This document shows positions 43,724-53,369 of a stretch of DNA of 64,000 bases, one piece after another; position 1 is the stretch's first letter; every line of letters begins with the position of its first letter. The stretch lies in NCBI GenBank assembly GCA_947084985.1, contig CAMTUI010000026.1, positions 508 through 64,507 of the forward strand, in the 5' to 3' direction. The stretch comes from Methanobacteriota archaeon. GTDB taxonomy: Archaea > Thermoplasmatota > Thermoplasmata > RBG-16-68-12. The notes beneath the pieces were generated by a model that saw only the letters and a list, made by a program, of their open reading frames with translations, ran no database searches and had not been told where the DNA came from. The translations under genes and the position numbers were made by a program.

Positions 43724-44683
43724 ATGAAAGCAGGCGTCGTCGGGGTCGGCAAGCTCGGCGGGGCGATCGCCTTCGCCCTCGCGAGGGAGGGCCCGTGGGA
43801 CGAGGTCGTCCTCGTGGACGCGATCCCGGACCTCGCGTGGGCCCAGGCGCAGGACATCCGGCATGGTCTGCGGGAACCCGTTCGTCCCGTCGTCCGCGCG
43901 GGCGCAATCGAGGATCTCGAGGGATCGGACGTCGTCGTCCTGTGCGCGGGCCAGGGCCGCAAGCCGGGGATGACGCGCCTCGACCTGCTCCAATCGAACG
44001 CCGGTGTGGTCGCCGACACAAGCCGGGAGATTGCGCGAACGACGCCGGACGCGACCCTCGTTGTCCTGACGAATCCGATGGACGTGATGACGGCCGTCGC
44101 GTGGCGGTCGACCCGCTGGCCCCGCGAACGGGTTGTCGGCTCGGGGACGCTCCTCGACTCGATGCGGCTCCGCGCGATCCTCGCAGACCGTCACCGGATC
44201 CCCTTGGCCGACGTGGACGCCGTGGTCCTCGGAGAGCACGGAGAGCGGGCCGTGCCGATTTTCAGTCGGGTGACGATTCGAGGGAGCTTGGTAACCCTCT
44301 CCCCGGCGGACCGACAGGAGATCGGACAAGAACTCCGCGACATTAGCGGCCGCATCATCGAGGCGAAAGGCGGGACGGCCTTCGGACCCGCGGGGACGAC
44401 GACGGACCTTGTGCACGCCCTCGTCGCGTCGACCCCGAGCGTCGTGCCCTGCTCCGTGGTCCTAGATGGCGAGTACGGCGCGACGGGCGTCGCGATGGGC
44501 GTGCCCGCGCGACTCGGCAGTGGCCGTGTGAAGCGGGTCGAGGAATGGCCGCTCCCTGACGACGAACGGCGGGCGCTCGACGACGCGGCGCGGGATCTGA
44601 CAGCACACGCAGAGGACGCCGCGGTGGTCCTGGACCTCGTGCGGACATCTCGGAGCCCGGCGGGGACGCGCAGAACTTCTTGA
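43724..44683 (+). CDS. mdh: Malate dehydrogenase (LDH-like family)
   Basis: Contains 'MKAGVVGVGKLGGAIAF', 'VVLCAGQGRKPGMTRLDLL' and 'GEHGE'. Confidence 0.9.
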   Translation: MKAGVVGVGKLGGAIAFALAREGPWDEVVLVDAIPDLAWAQAQDIRHGLREPVRPVVRAGAIEDLEGSDVVVLCAGQGRKPGMTRLDLLQSNAGVVADTSREIARTTPDATLVVLTNPMDVMTAVAWRSTRWPRERVVGSGTLLDSMRLRAILADRHRIPLADVDAVVLGEHGERAVPIFSRVTIRGSLVTLSPADRQEIGQELRDISGRIIEAKGGTAFGPAGTTTDLVHALVASTPSVVPCSVVLDGEYGATGVAMGVPARLGSGRVKRVEEWPLPDDERRALDDAARDLTAHAEDAAVVLDLVRTSRSPAGTRRTS

Positions 44684-44692
44684 GGGCACGCC

Positions 44693-45940
44693 TCAAGGGT
44701 TCTCTCTTGGATCGGACGGTTCCGCCGTCCCCTTTGGAATCCCCAGTCGCCGCCGCTCGGCCACCGGATCCCTCGCCGCGAGCATTACGAGACCCGACAC
44801 GATCACCCACACGGACGCGACAAGGAACGGGACGATCGTCACGTGACCGGCGACCATCGTTGCCTCGAGGACCGCCGCTAGGATCACGGGCCCGAACAGG
44901 AAGCCGAGATCCGTGAGCGTCCGGTAGAGGCCCATCGACGTGCCCATGATATCCGTCGGCGTGAGGTCCGTCGCCCATGCGGCAAGGGGACCGTGGAGCC
45001 CCAGGGCCAGGCCATAGACGAACATCACGGGGATTGCGCTCGCGAGGTCGCGCGTGAAGAACAGGAACGGGGACACGAGGCCCGCGGCGATGAGGGAGAT
45101 GACGAACGGGATCTTCCGTCCGATCCGATCCGCAAGCCACCCGCTCGGGTAGAGGGTGAACAGACTCGCCAAGGCGTTCGTCGTGATCAGGAGTCCCGTG
45201 AACGTGATCGCTTCCGTCGGGCTGACGCCCCAGTTGAAGGCGATGAACAGCGGGATGACCGTCGTGATGAGACCCGACCGGACGAAGAACGTACCCATCG
45301 TCCCGATGTTTACGAGCACGTACGAACGGTCCCGCAACAGGCGGACGACCGCGGCCCGATCGACCCCCGCGCCCATCCCTGCCACGCGTGTCGTCTTCAT
45401 CCCGAACGTGATGAGGAGGAAGCCCACGACCGCGAGGGCGGAGTAGGCGGCGAAGGGCGCGCGGATGCCCGCGGCAAGGACGACGACCCCTCCAACGACG
45501 GGCCCGATGATCTGCCCGATCAGGAGCGCGTTCACGTAGATTCCCATGTAGCGGCCGCGTCGCTCCGCGGGCACCCGCTTCGCAAGGGCCGCGAGCGATG
45601 AGGTCACGTAGAAGGCGCTGCCGACGCCTTCCGCCACGCGGACCGCGAGCAGGACCACGTAGTGGAAGGCGAACACGGCCACGGCGGACGTCGTCGCGAT
45701 GATCAGCAATCCGAGTTGCATCATCCGCCGGTTCCCGAAGCGGTCCCCGAAGGCCCCGGATGGCAGGTCGAGCACGATCCGGGCCGCCGGCAGGGCGCCC
45801 ACAAGGACGCCGGCGAGGAAGGCGGTTGCGCCCAGCTCCAGCCCATACTGCGGGAGCGCGGGGACGATGATCGAGATGCCGATCATCACGAGGAACACGG
45901 TCCCGGAGAGGACCGCGACCGTCCGGCGGAGGGAATCCAT
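44693..45940 (-). CDS. MFS transporter
   Basis: It is 415 aa with about 12 TM segments and the MFS loop motif 'GAFGDRFGNRR'. Confidence 0.85.
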   Translation of the reverse strand: MDSLRRTVAVLSGTVFLVMIGISIIVPALPQYGLELGATAFLAGVLVGALPAARIVLDLPSGAFGDRFGNRRMMQLGLLIIATTSAVAVFAFHYVVLLAVRVAEGVGSAFYVTSSLAALAKRVPAERRGRYMGIYVNALLIGQIIGPVVGGVVVLAAGIRAPFAAYSALAVVGFLLITFGMKTTRVAGMGAGVDRAAVVRLLRDRSYVLVNIGTMGTFFVRSGLITTVIPLFIAFNWGVSPTEAITFTGLLITTNALASLFTLYPSGWLADRIGRKIPFVISLIAAGLVSPFLFFTRDLASAIPVMFVYGLALGLHGPLAAWATDLTPTDIMGTSMGLYRTLTDLGFLFGPVILAAVLEATMVAGHVTIVPFLVASVWVIVSGLVMLAARDPVAERRRLGIPKGTAEPSDPRENP

Positions 45941-45983
45941 AGGCCCGCGACGTGAGACGAATGACTGCCATAAAACTGGCGGC

Positions 45984-46271
45984 TCAGAGGTCGACGGCCT
46001 TCCCGCCGTCCCACACCTTCCTCGCGCCCTTCTCCGGGGCCGGGATGAGGAGGTCCCGCTTCGATTTCGTCGGGATGACGAAGTACTCCTCCATCCCGCC
46101 GTCGTCGGAGACGAGGACGAGCTTCACCTTGCCGCCCTCCATCGGTTCGCCCGTGTCTGGATGCAGGTAGTTGTACCGGACATAGCGGCCGCGGTCGATT
46201 AAGGAGCGGACCTCGATCTCGCCCTTCCTCGTTTTCGTGAGGACGTCCTCGGGAAACGGAGACATGAGCAC
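45984..46271 (-). CDS. Hypothetical protein (95 aa)
   Basis: Listed ORF with a coding-like composition. No family was recognised. Confidence 0.45.
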   Translation of the reverse strand: MLMSPFPEDVLTKTRKGEIEVRSLIDRGRYVRYNYLHPDTGEPMEGGKVKLVLVSDDGGMEEYFVIPTKSKRDLLIPAPEKGARKVWDGGKAVDL

Positions 46272-46322
46272 CCCGTTCCAGGAACCCTTGTCCGGGGAAA
46301 AGGTCTCCGCAAATCGTGGCGG

Positions 46323-46643
46323 TCAAGTCTGCCGCGAGCGGGGATGTCGGACAGCGGATCTGCGTTCGAACAGGATGTCGCCATCGCACTCGATCGTCTC
46401 GATCTTGTAGTACGGCAGGCGCGCGGTCGCTGTCGTGAAGTATCGCCGCTCGAGGCCCACGATTTCGGAACCGCGGACGACCCGATAGCCCTCGGGCCGC
46501 GCGCGGTCTCGATACCGGAGCACCGCGTCGGCGATGCGGCTCGGCTCCCGCCACCGGAGTTCATTGAGCACCTCGCGGGCGGTGCGCGCGGACGGACGCG
46601 ACATCGTTCGAGACGCGTCATCTCCGCTGGGCATAAAGGCCAT
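46323..46643 (-). CDS. DUF504/UPF0248-like small protein
   Basis: 'AREVLNELRW...VLRYRDR...LPYYKIETIECDGDILFERR' fits the pattern I recall for this archaeal family. Confidence 0.6.
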   Translation of the reverse strand: MAFMPSGDDASRTMSRPSARTAREVLNELRWREPSRIADAVLRYRDRARPEGYRVVRGSEIVGLERRYFTTATARLPYYKIETIECDGDILFERRSAVRHPRSRQT

Positions 46644-46669
46644 ATCGGCCCGGCCCGTTAGGAGGGGGC

Positions 46670-47992
46670 ATGAAATACCCGCCTCGGATCCGCGCGTTCC
46701 TCGACCCCGCGAAGGCGGACCAAGGCGACACGGTCGTCATCCGGGCGAGGGGCGAGCGATACTCGGGCATCCTCATGCCGCACCACGGGTTCAGCGGCGA
46801 GGACATCCTCACGATCAAGCTGACGAACGGCTACAACATCGGGATCGAGATCGCGGACATCGAGGCCGTGGAGGTAACCGGAAAAGGAGCCCCGGTCACC
46901 GTGGACCGGAAGCTGCCTCCCGCCACGGAGGACAAGCCGACGATCGCTGTGCTTGGTACGGGCGGGACGATCGCCTCCTACGTCGATTATCGCACAGGCG
47001 CCGTACATCCCGCGGTGACGGCGGAGGAGCTCGTCTTCAGCGTCCCCGAGCTTTTGGAGATTGCGAACGTCCGGGCGCGCGTGATCTACAGCATCTACAG
47101 CGAGAACCTGAAGCCCGAGAACTGGCAGCGTCTCGCGCGCGAGGCCGCAAAGGAACTGAACGCGGGCGCAGCCGGGGTGATCATCCCGCACGGGACGGAC
47201 ACGCTGCACTTTACGACGGCCGCCCTCTCGTTCATGCTGCGTGACCTGACCGGACCCGTGGTCATCGTGGGAGCCCAGCGATCGAGCGACAGGCCCTCGT
47301 CGGATGCAGCCGCGAATTTGCTGAGCGCCGCGCGCGTCGCGACCGCGAACCTCGGCGAGGTCGTCGCCGTGATGCACGGCGAGACGTCGGACACGTTCGG
47401 GGAGATCCATCGAGGCACGAAAGTCCGCAAGATGCATTCGTCCCGCCGGGACGCGTTCCGGTCCCTCAACGCCTCGCCCCTCGGACGGATCCTCGCGGAC
47501 GGAACCGTCGTGCTGTCCGAGCGCTCTCTCCCACGGTCGAAGGGGCCCGTGAAGGTTGACGACGCACTCGATCCCGACATCGGGCTCGTGTACTTCTACC
47601 CGGGCCAACGGCCCGCGGAGCTCGAGGGGGTCCTGAAGGGCCTCCACGGCGCTGTCGTCGCGGGGACGGGGCTCGGCCATGTGTCCCAGGAACTCGTGCC
47701 GATCCTGCACCGAGCGACCCGGGACGGCGCGGCAATCGTCATGGCGACCCAGACGCTCCAGGGCCGGGTGAACATGAACGTCTACGACACCGGCCGCGAC
47801 CTCCTCAAGGCCGGTGTGATCAGCGCGGAGGACATGCTGCCGGAGGTGGCCTACGTGAAACTGATGTGGGTCCTGGGGCACAGCCGCGAGCCCGCTGAGG
47901 TCGCGCTGTCCATGGCGACGAACGTGGCGGGGGAAATCAACGCCGCAATCCGCCTCGATGAATTTGCGGATGACTCGGCTGCGGCTCGTTAA
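46670..47992 (+). CDS. gatD: Glutamyl-tRNA(Gln) amidotransferase subunit D
   Basis: It has an asparaginase-like core ('IAVLGTGGTIAS', 'HGTDTL') and the GatD N-terminal domain. Confidence 0.9.
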   Translation: MKYPPRIRAFLDPAKADQGDTVVIRARGERYSGILMPHHGFSGEDILTIKLTNGYNIGIEIADIEAVEVTGKGAPVTVDRKLPPATEDKPTIAVLGTGGTIASYVDYRTGAVHPAVTAEELVFSVPELLEIANVRARVIYSIYSENLKPENWQRLAREAAKELNAGAAGVIIPHGTDTLHFTTAALSFMLRDLTGPVVIVGAQRSSDRPSSDAAANLLSAARVATANLGEVVAVMHGETSDTFGEIHRGTKVRKMHSSRRDAFRSLNASPLGRILADGTVVLSERSLPRSKGPVKVDDALDPDIGLVYFYPGQRPAELEGVLKGLHGAVVAGTGLGHVSQELVPILHRATRDGAAIVMATQTLQGRVNMNVYDTGRDLLKAGVISAEDMLPEVAYVKLMWVLGHSREPAEVALSMATNVAGEINAAIRLDEFADDSAAAR

Positions 47993-48025
47993 GCTTATCC
48001 CCGGGTTCGGGTTCGGCGCATCGGG

Positions 48026-48487
48026 ATGAAAATCGACCAGGTTGGGGAGGTCGGCGTCGTCCTTACCGAAGCGAACGAGCCCGTCCTCTCCGGCGGCGAC
48101 CAGATCATCGGCTTCCGCGAGCTGAGCTACGAGATCTACAGGTCCGTCACCGTTGCGAAGAAGACCCTCGTCGAGGGAAGGCGGGGATGGGTGTGGCAGA
48201 CGCGCCGCCGGCTCCTCCTGCTCGACTCCGAGTGGCTCGACCTGCCCGGCGGGAAGAAGGGGAAGCGATTCCACGAGATCCCCTTCGAGGAAACGATCGA
48301 CGTCGAGCACAAGAAGAAACGCGTCCTGCTACACGCGGAAGACGCGGAGCACGGGAAGGTCGTCATCGAATTCACCCCGTTCGGCGCCTCGTCCCGCCTC
48401 CTCGCGTGGCTCAAGAACGAGAAGCTACAACGTCGTATGCGAGACGACGGCACCCTGAAGTCCCCGTACGACCACAAGCTCCGCTAA
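48026..48487 (+). CDS. Hypothetical protein (153 aa)
   Basis: Listed ORF, with a possibly PH/GRAM-like beta-rich pattern. Not assignable. Confidence 0.5.
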   Translation: MKIDQVGEVGVVLTEANEPVLSGGDQIIGFRELSYEIYRSVTVAKKTLVEGRRGWVWQTRRRLLLLDSEWLDLPGGKKGKRFHEIPFEETIDVEHKKKRVLLHAEDAEHGKVVIEFTPFGASSRLLAWLKNEKLQRRMRDDGTLKSPYDHKLR

Positions 48488-48496
48488 CGGGTCTGC

Positions 48497-48736
48497 CTAC
48501 TTCTGTGCCGCACGCGCTTCGCGCTGTTTCCGCTTCATCCGCCGCGTGTAGGCCCAGGACATCGTGAGAGCGAACGCCAGCACGAACACCCAGGTGGCCT
48601 CCGTCGGGCGATCCCCATCATAGAACGTGTACACGACAAACAGGACGACGAGCCAGAAGACAACGTAGCCCGCGATTCGGCGCTTCGCGAAGTCCGTCGC
48701 CCGCCCCATCGCGGGGACGATGCACGCAAGGCGCAC
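48497..48736 (-). CDS. Small membrane protein (79 aa)
   Basis: It has two hydrophobic segments and a basic C-terminal tail. Confidence 0.45.
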   Translation of the reverse strand: MRLACIVPAMGRATDFAKRRIAGYVVFWLVVLFVVYTFYDGDRPTEATWVFVLAFALTMSWAYTRRMKRKQREARAAQK

Positions 48737-48812
48737 AAGAAGCCAGCGGTTCGAGTATCATCCGCGAGCACGCGGATAGGCAAAGGATAATCGAGGCGCG
48801 AGGCCTCTCGGG

Positions 48813-49277
48813 ATGGGGTTCTCGATGACCGCCCTCGAGGAATACGACCGCATGTGGGAGATGTGGATCGACACGCACAGGCAGATCCACGGAGAGGACC
48901 ACGTGCCCGTGAAGGACTTCAACTGCTGCGGCGAACACGCCCTCGTCATGGCACTCCGCGCGACGTCGGCCCTGAAGAGCGATTACCCGGCATACCTGGT
49001 CAAGCGGATGGCGGCGATGCCGGACCTAGACAAGGAGTTCTACGTGAAGAACCTCCTGTCGACGGACGGGGAGCCAGAGCCGTCCGATCCCGAGCCGTTG
49101 CGAGAGTACCGCGCCTCGCGCCGCTACCACATCCTCTGGTCGGAGTTGAAGGAGGCCGCCGCGCGCATCGAGGAACTCGAGAGGGAATCGGAACGATCCC
49201 GCCTGCGGATCGCGGAACTCCAGGAACACCTCGCGAAGGCAGGCATCGCTGTGGAGCCTTCGTCGGGAAAGGCTTAA
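48813..49277 (+). CDS. Hypothetical protein with C-terminal coiled coil (154 aa)
   Basis: Listed ORF, containing 'LKEAAARIEELERESERSRLRIAELQEHL'. Confidence 0.5.
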   Translation: MGFSMTALEEYDRMWEMWIDTHRQIHGEDHVPVKDFNCCGEHALVMALRATSALKSDYPAYLVKRMAAMPDLDKEFYVKNLLSTDGEPEPSDPEPLREYRASRRYHILWSELKEAAARIEELERESERSRLRIAELQEHLAKAGIAVEPSSGKA

Positions 49278-49304
49278 TCATCACCCCCGGGGTTTCCGAG
49301 CCGG

Positions 49305-51197
49305 ATGGACTACCGCGCGCTCGGCCTGAAGGTCGGTCTCGAGGTTCACCAGCAGCTCGCGACCCGCAAGCTCTTCTGCGAGTGCGCCTCCGCCCTCGTC
49401 GATGAGACCGGCGGAATGAGATTCCGTCGCCGGCTGCGGCCGACCCAGTCCGAACTTGGCGAGGTCGACGCCGCGGCGATCGAGGAGGCGCGACGCCGTC
49501 TCACGTTCGTCTACGAGACCACGCCGAACTCGTGCCTCGTCGAGGCGGACGAGGAGCCACCGCATCAGCCGAATCCGGAGGCGCTGGACATCGCGTTGGA
49601 GGTCGCCCTCCTCCTGGAGGCGAAGCCCGTGGGGGAGGCCCACTTCATGCGGAAGATCGTGATCGACGGCTCGAACACCGCCGGGTTCCAGCGGTCCGCC
49701 CTGATCGCCCTCGACGGACACCTCGAGGTCGCGGGGAAGCGGATCGGCGTGCCGACGATCCTCCTCGAGGAGGATGCCGCCCGCAAAGTGAGCGAGGCGG
49801 CGGGCGAAGTCGTCTACCGACTCGATCGCCTCGGAATCCCGCTCATCGAGATCGCCACCACGCCGAACATCGAGACGCCGGAGGAGGCCCGCGACGTCGC
49901 CTTGGCCTTTGGGTCCCTCCTGCGCGCGACTCGGAAGGTGATGCGCGGGATCGGGACGATACGCGAGGACCTGAACGTCTCGATCGCCGGCGGCGCTCGG
50001 ATCGAGATCAAGGGAGTGCAGGAACTGCGCCTCATCGCGACGTACGTCGAGAAGGAGGTCGAGCGACAACGGATGCTCCTTGACATCGCGGCGGAGCTGA
50101 AGGAGCGAAGTGTTTCGTCCGTCCCGCGGGCGATCCTGGACGTGACCGAGATCTTCGCGCGGTCCACATCGAAGGTCGTCCGAGCGGCGCTTGAAAAGAA
50201 AGGCAAAGTCCTCGCGTGGGCCCTCCCCGGATTCGCGGGCCTCCTCAAAGGCAAGCTCGGACCCGAGCTGGCCGCGCACGCCAGGATCGCAGGCGCGGCC
50301 GGGATCTTCCATTCCGACGAGCTGCCCGGATACGGCGTGGGCCAGGCTGAGGTGGAAGCTGTCCGCGCGTCCCTAGCGACGGGGCCGCAGGACGCGTTCG
50401 TCCTGGTCGCTGAGGGAGAGGCAAAGGCCCGCCATGCATTCGAAGAGATGTTCCCGCGCGCCGACGCCGCGCTCCTTGGCGTCCCCGAAGAAACGCGGGA
50501 GCCGCGGCCCGACGGGACTTCAGTCTACAGTCGCCCGCTCCCGGGGAAGGCGCGGATGTATCCGGAGACAGACGTCCCCCCGATCCGCGTGGCTGCAGAA
50601 CGGCTCGAACGGATTCGGGATGGTCTCCCGGAGAGACCTGAGGTCCGCACGGCGCGCATCGTCCGCGATTACGGGATCCACGAACAGCAGGCGCGACAGC
50701 TCGTTCAGGAGGGGAGCGACGACGCGTTCGAATTGATTGCGAAGGAATTCGGAGAGGCAAAGCTCGTGGCCACGGTCCTGCTCTACACCTTCCCGGAACT
50801 GCGGCGGGAGGGCCTCGCGGTGGATGGGATTCCCGTGGACCACCTGCGAGAACTGTTCTCGCTCCTCAAGGCGGGACGCTTCGCCAAGGAAGCGATACCG
50901 GACCTCTTGAGGGAGATGGCCCGGCGAAATGTCCGCGCGTCCGACGCGATGGCGACGCTGGGCGTGCGGGAGCTCAGCCCCGAGGAGCTCGAGAAGATCG
51001 TGGACGAGGTCCTTGATGGGTCGATCAATCTCATCGAGAGCCGCGGAGCCGCGGCGGAGAAGGCGATCATGGGACGGGTCATGGAGAAGGTCCGCGGGCG
51101 CGCGGATGGGAAGGTCGTCAGCGAGGCCGTCCGGAAACGGCTCGAGACGCGAGTCGGGAAGGGAAAAGCCTCGAAGGGAAAGAAATCGGAAAAGTGA
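49305..51197 (+). CDS. gatE: Glutamyl-tRNA(Gln) amidotransferase subunit E
   Basis: The 'MDYRALGLKVGLEVHQQL' N-terminus, the GatB/E core and the length (630 aa) all fit. Confidence 0.9.
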   Translation: MDYRALGLKVGLEVHQQLATRKLFCECASALVDETGGMRFRRRLRPTQSELGEVDAAAIEEARRRLTFVYETTPNSCLVEADEEPPHQPNPEALDIALEVALLLEAKPVGEAHFMRKIVIDGSNTAGFQRSALIALDGHLEVAGKRIGVPTILLEEDAARKVSEAAGEVVYRLDRLGIPLIEIATTPNIETPEEARDVALAFGSLLRATRKVMRGIGTIREDLNVSIAGGARIEIKGVQELRLIATYVEKEVERQRMLLDIAAELKERSVSSVPRAILDVTEIFARSTSKVVRAALEKKGKVLAWALPGFAGLLKGKLGPELAAHARIAGAAGIFHSDELPGYGVGQAEVEAVRASLATGPQDAFVLVAEGEAKARHAFEEMFPRADAALLGVPEETREPRPDGTSVYSRPLPGKARMYPETDVPPIRVAAERLERIRDGLPERPEVRTARIVRDYGIHEQQARQLVQEGSDDAFELIAKEFGEAKLVATVLLYTFPELRREGLAVDGIPVDHLRELFSLLKAGRFAKEAIPDLLREMARRNVRASDAMATLGVRELSPEELEKIVDEVLDGSINLIESRGAAAEKAIMGRVMEKVRGRADGKVVSEAVRKRLETRVGKGKASKGKKSEK

Positions 51198-51424
51198 AAG
51201 GCTCCACAACGAGGCTCACGCGCCGCGAATCATCAGCGCTTGCCTTTTTTCGCCTTCTTCGAGGTCTTCTTTGCCATGGTGGTCTGACTCCTCCTGGGGC
51301 CAGGCCCCGGTTAGTGACGTCCCCTGTTCTCGAATCACGGCTTGAACCTATGCGCGGAAATCCGGGATACCGCACGTGAGAAACGTTATGCCCTCGCAAC
51401 CGTTCCCGCGCGCTGGAGACGCGG

Positions 51425-52243
51425 ATGAAGGTCTTCATCTCCGTGGACATGGAGGGAATCTGCGGCGTCGTCGCGGTGCGTGAGACGGATCCCGAGAAAG
51501 GAGGCGAACGGTATCAGACGAGCCGACGCCTGATGACTGGGGAAGCGAACGCCGCAATCGAGGGATGTCTGAAGGCCGGCGCCAAGGAGGTCCTCGTCGC
51601 GGATTCCCATTGGAACTTCGACAATCTCCTCCCGGAAGAGCTGCATGAAGCCGCGGTCCTCCTGCGGGGACAGCCGAGGCCCTTCTCCATGGTCCACGGA
51701 CTCGACGGGACGTTCGACGCGGCGATGTTCGTCGGCTTCCACGCGATGGCCGGGACGCCCCGCGCGATCATCGATCACACGTTCACGGGTCGGATTCGTT
51801 CCGTCGAGGTGAACGGACGCGCGGTCGGGGAGACGGGCGTGAACGCATACCTCGCAGGCCATTACGACGTGCCCATCGTCCTCGTCACGGGCGACTCCGC
51901 GGTCGCGGCGGAGGCCCAGGGCCTCCTGAAGGGCGTTCACACGGTCGCGGTCAAGGAAGCGATCGGCGCGAGCGCGGCGAAGAACCTGCACCCGAAGCGC
52001 GCCCGGGAATCGATTCGGGCGGAAGCGGAGAAGGCTTTGCGCGAGGCCGCTAAGATTCCTCCATTGAAGGCCGCGAAGCCCGTCCGGATGGCGGTGGAGT
52101 TCCACGAATCCACGTCCGCGGACCGCGCGGAAATCGCGCCAAGCGTGACGCGCGTCGGCGCCACACGCATCGAGTTCACCGCGCCGAACTTCTTCGAAGC
52201 ATTCCGGATCTTCAACGCGGCCGAGACACTGTCCGGCGCGTAG
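51425..52243 (+). CDS. M55-family D-aminopeptidase (DppA-like)
   Basis: 'MKVFISVDMEGICGV' is the characteristic N-terminus. Confidence 0.85.
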   Translation: MKVFISVDMEGICGVVAVRETDPEKGGERYQTSRRLMTGEANAAIEGCLKAGAKEVLVADSHWNFDNLLPEELHEAAVLLRGQPRPFSMVHGLDGTFDAAMFVGFHAMAGTPRAIIDHTFTGRIRSVEVNGRAVGETGVNAYLAGHYDVPIVLVTGDSAVAAEAQGLLKGVHTVAVKEAIGASAAKNLHPKRARESIRAEAEKALREAAKIPPLKAAKPVRMAVEFHESTSADRAEIAPSVTRVGATRIEFTAPNFFEAFRIFNAAETLSGA

Positions 52244-52313
52244 GGCCTCCCGGGGTGCTGGACATGGGGTGCTGGACAAATAGACTTATACCGACAGGAT
52301 TCATTCGGCGCCG

Positions 52314-52949
52314 GTGAGAAGGGACTTGGCCATGGCGGCGAAGAAGGCCAAGGGGGATGACTGGTTCTCCTCCCTTGACGCGGAGCTCGAGAAGCGTACG
52401 AAGGAAATCGTCCAGGACGTCGGCGAACAGACTTCGACCCGAACGGACTTGAACCGCACGCTCATCGAGGACTTCTGGAAGGTCTGGAAGCGGTTCAACA
52501 AGATCAACGTTCACTTCGCCCTCGAGCCGTCGTACACGAACTGGGCCGTCTTCCCGGACACGTTCCCCGACGGGGAGTGGCACTGGCGCCCCGGCTTCAA
52601 CCCGGCGGTCGTGCAGACGATCCAGCTGCTCGACCGCTCGATGGACCAGGGCCGCGTCGGGGACGCCCTCAAGGTGAACTACGTCGAGGTGGACGGGAAG
52701 CCGCACCTCCGCATCACGTTCGAGTACTGCGAGGGCGAGCACTACTACAAGTACAGCGGATGGAAGCGGATCTGGACGATCCACACCCTGTACGACCGCG
52801 CGCTCGACCGCGTCGAGCTCGACGACATCCACAAGCTCCTCGCGGACCTCGTCCGCGTGTGGTACGAGAGCCACCTCCGCCGGAACCGGGACGTCTTGAT
52901 CAAATATCTCAAGCAGACGTACGAGAAGGTCGAGACGTTCAACCAGTGA
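52314..52949 (+). CDS. Hypothetical protein (about 205 aa, Trp/Tyr-rich)
   Basis: Listed ORF with third-position GC bias like its neighbours. The start is probably ATG 52332. No family was recognised. Confidence 0.55.
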   Translation: MRRDLAMAAKKAKGDDWFSSLDAELEKRTKEIVQDVGEQTSTRTDLNRTLIEDFWKVWKRFNKINVHFALEPSYTNWAVFPDTFPDGEWHWRPGFNPAVVQTIQLLDRSMDQGRVGDALKVNYVEVDGKPHLRITFEYCEGEHYYKYSGWKRIWTIHTLYDRALDRVELDDIHKLLADLVRVWYESHLRRNRDVLIKYLKQTYEKVETFNQ

Positions 52950-53030
52950 GCCGCGCGGGCGTCCACGAGTATCGTCCGTGATACGGAGCGGCCAGCCTAT
53001 ATTACGGGAAAGCGAGAATTCATTCGAACC

Positions 53031-53360
53031 GTGGACGACCTGCTGTCCGGCGCGGTGCTTCTCCTTCTCGTGGGCGGCGTCGTCTTCTCCTGGGTCGACT
53101 GGCGCATCCGGTCCCGCAAACTCCCGGCAAGGGTCCGCCCGAGCTGGGACTGCCCCCATTGCGGCATCGTGAACGAGGCGGACCGGACGATCTGCTGGAC
53201 CTGCCAGGCGGCGATCGCGCGGAATTCCCTCCGGGCGGAGACGGGTCCGGGGAGCGAGACATGGCAGTGCCGCCAGTGTCGCGCGTGGAACGGCCCCACC
53301 CGGCGATCCTGTTGGTCCTGTCAGACGGCGCCGGCGAGCCAGACGAAGCGGCACGCCTGA
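53031..53360 (+). CDS. Membrane-anchored protein with two RanBP2-type zinc fingers
   Basis: It has an N-terminal TM segment 'GAVLLLLVGGVVFSWV'. Both 'WDCPHCGIVNEADRTICWTC' and 'WQCRQCRAWNGPTRRSCWSC' fit W-x-C-x2-C-x3-N-x6-C-x2-C exactly. Confidence 0.6.
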   Translation: MDDLLSGAVLLLLVGGVVFSWVDWRIRSRKLPARVRPSWDCPHCGIVNEADRTICWTCQAAIARNSLRAETGPGSETWQCRQCRAWNGPTRRSCWSCQTAPASQTKRHA

Positions 53361-53369
53361 CCGGCCGGG

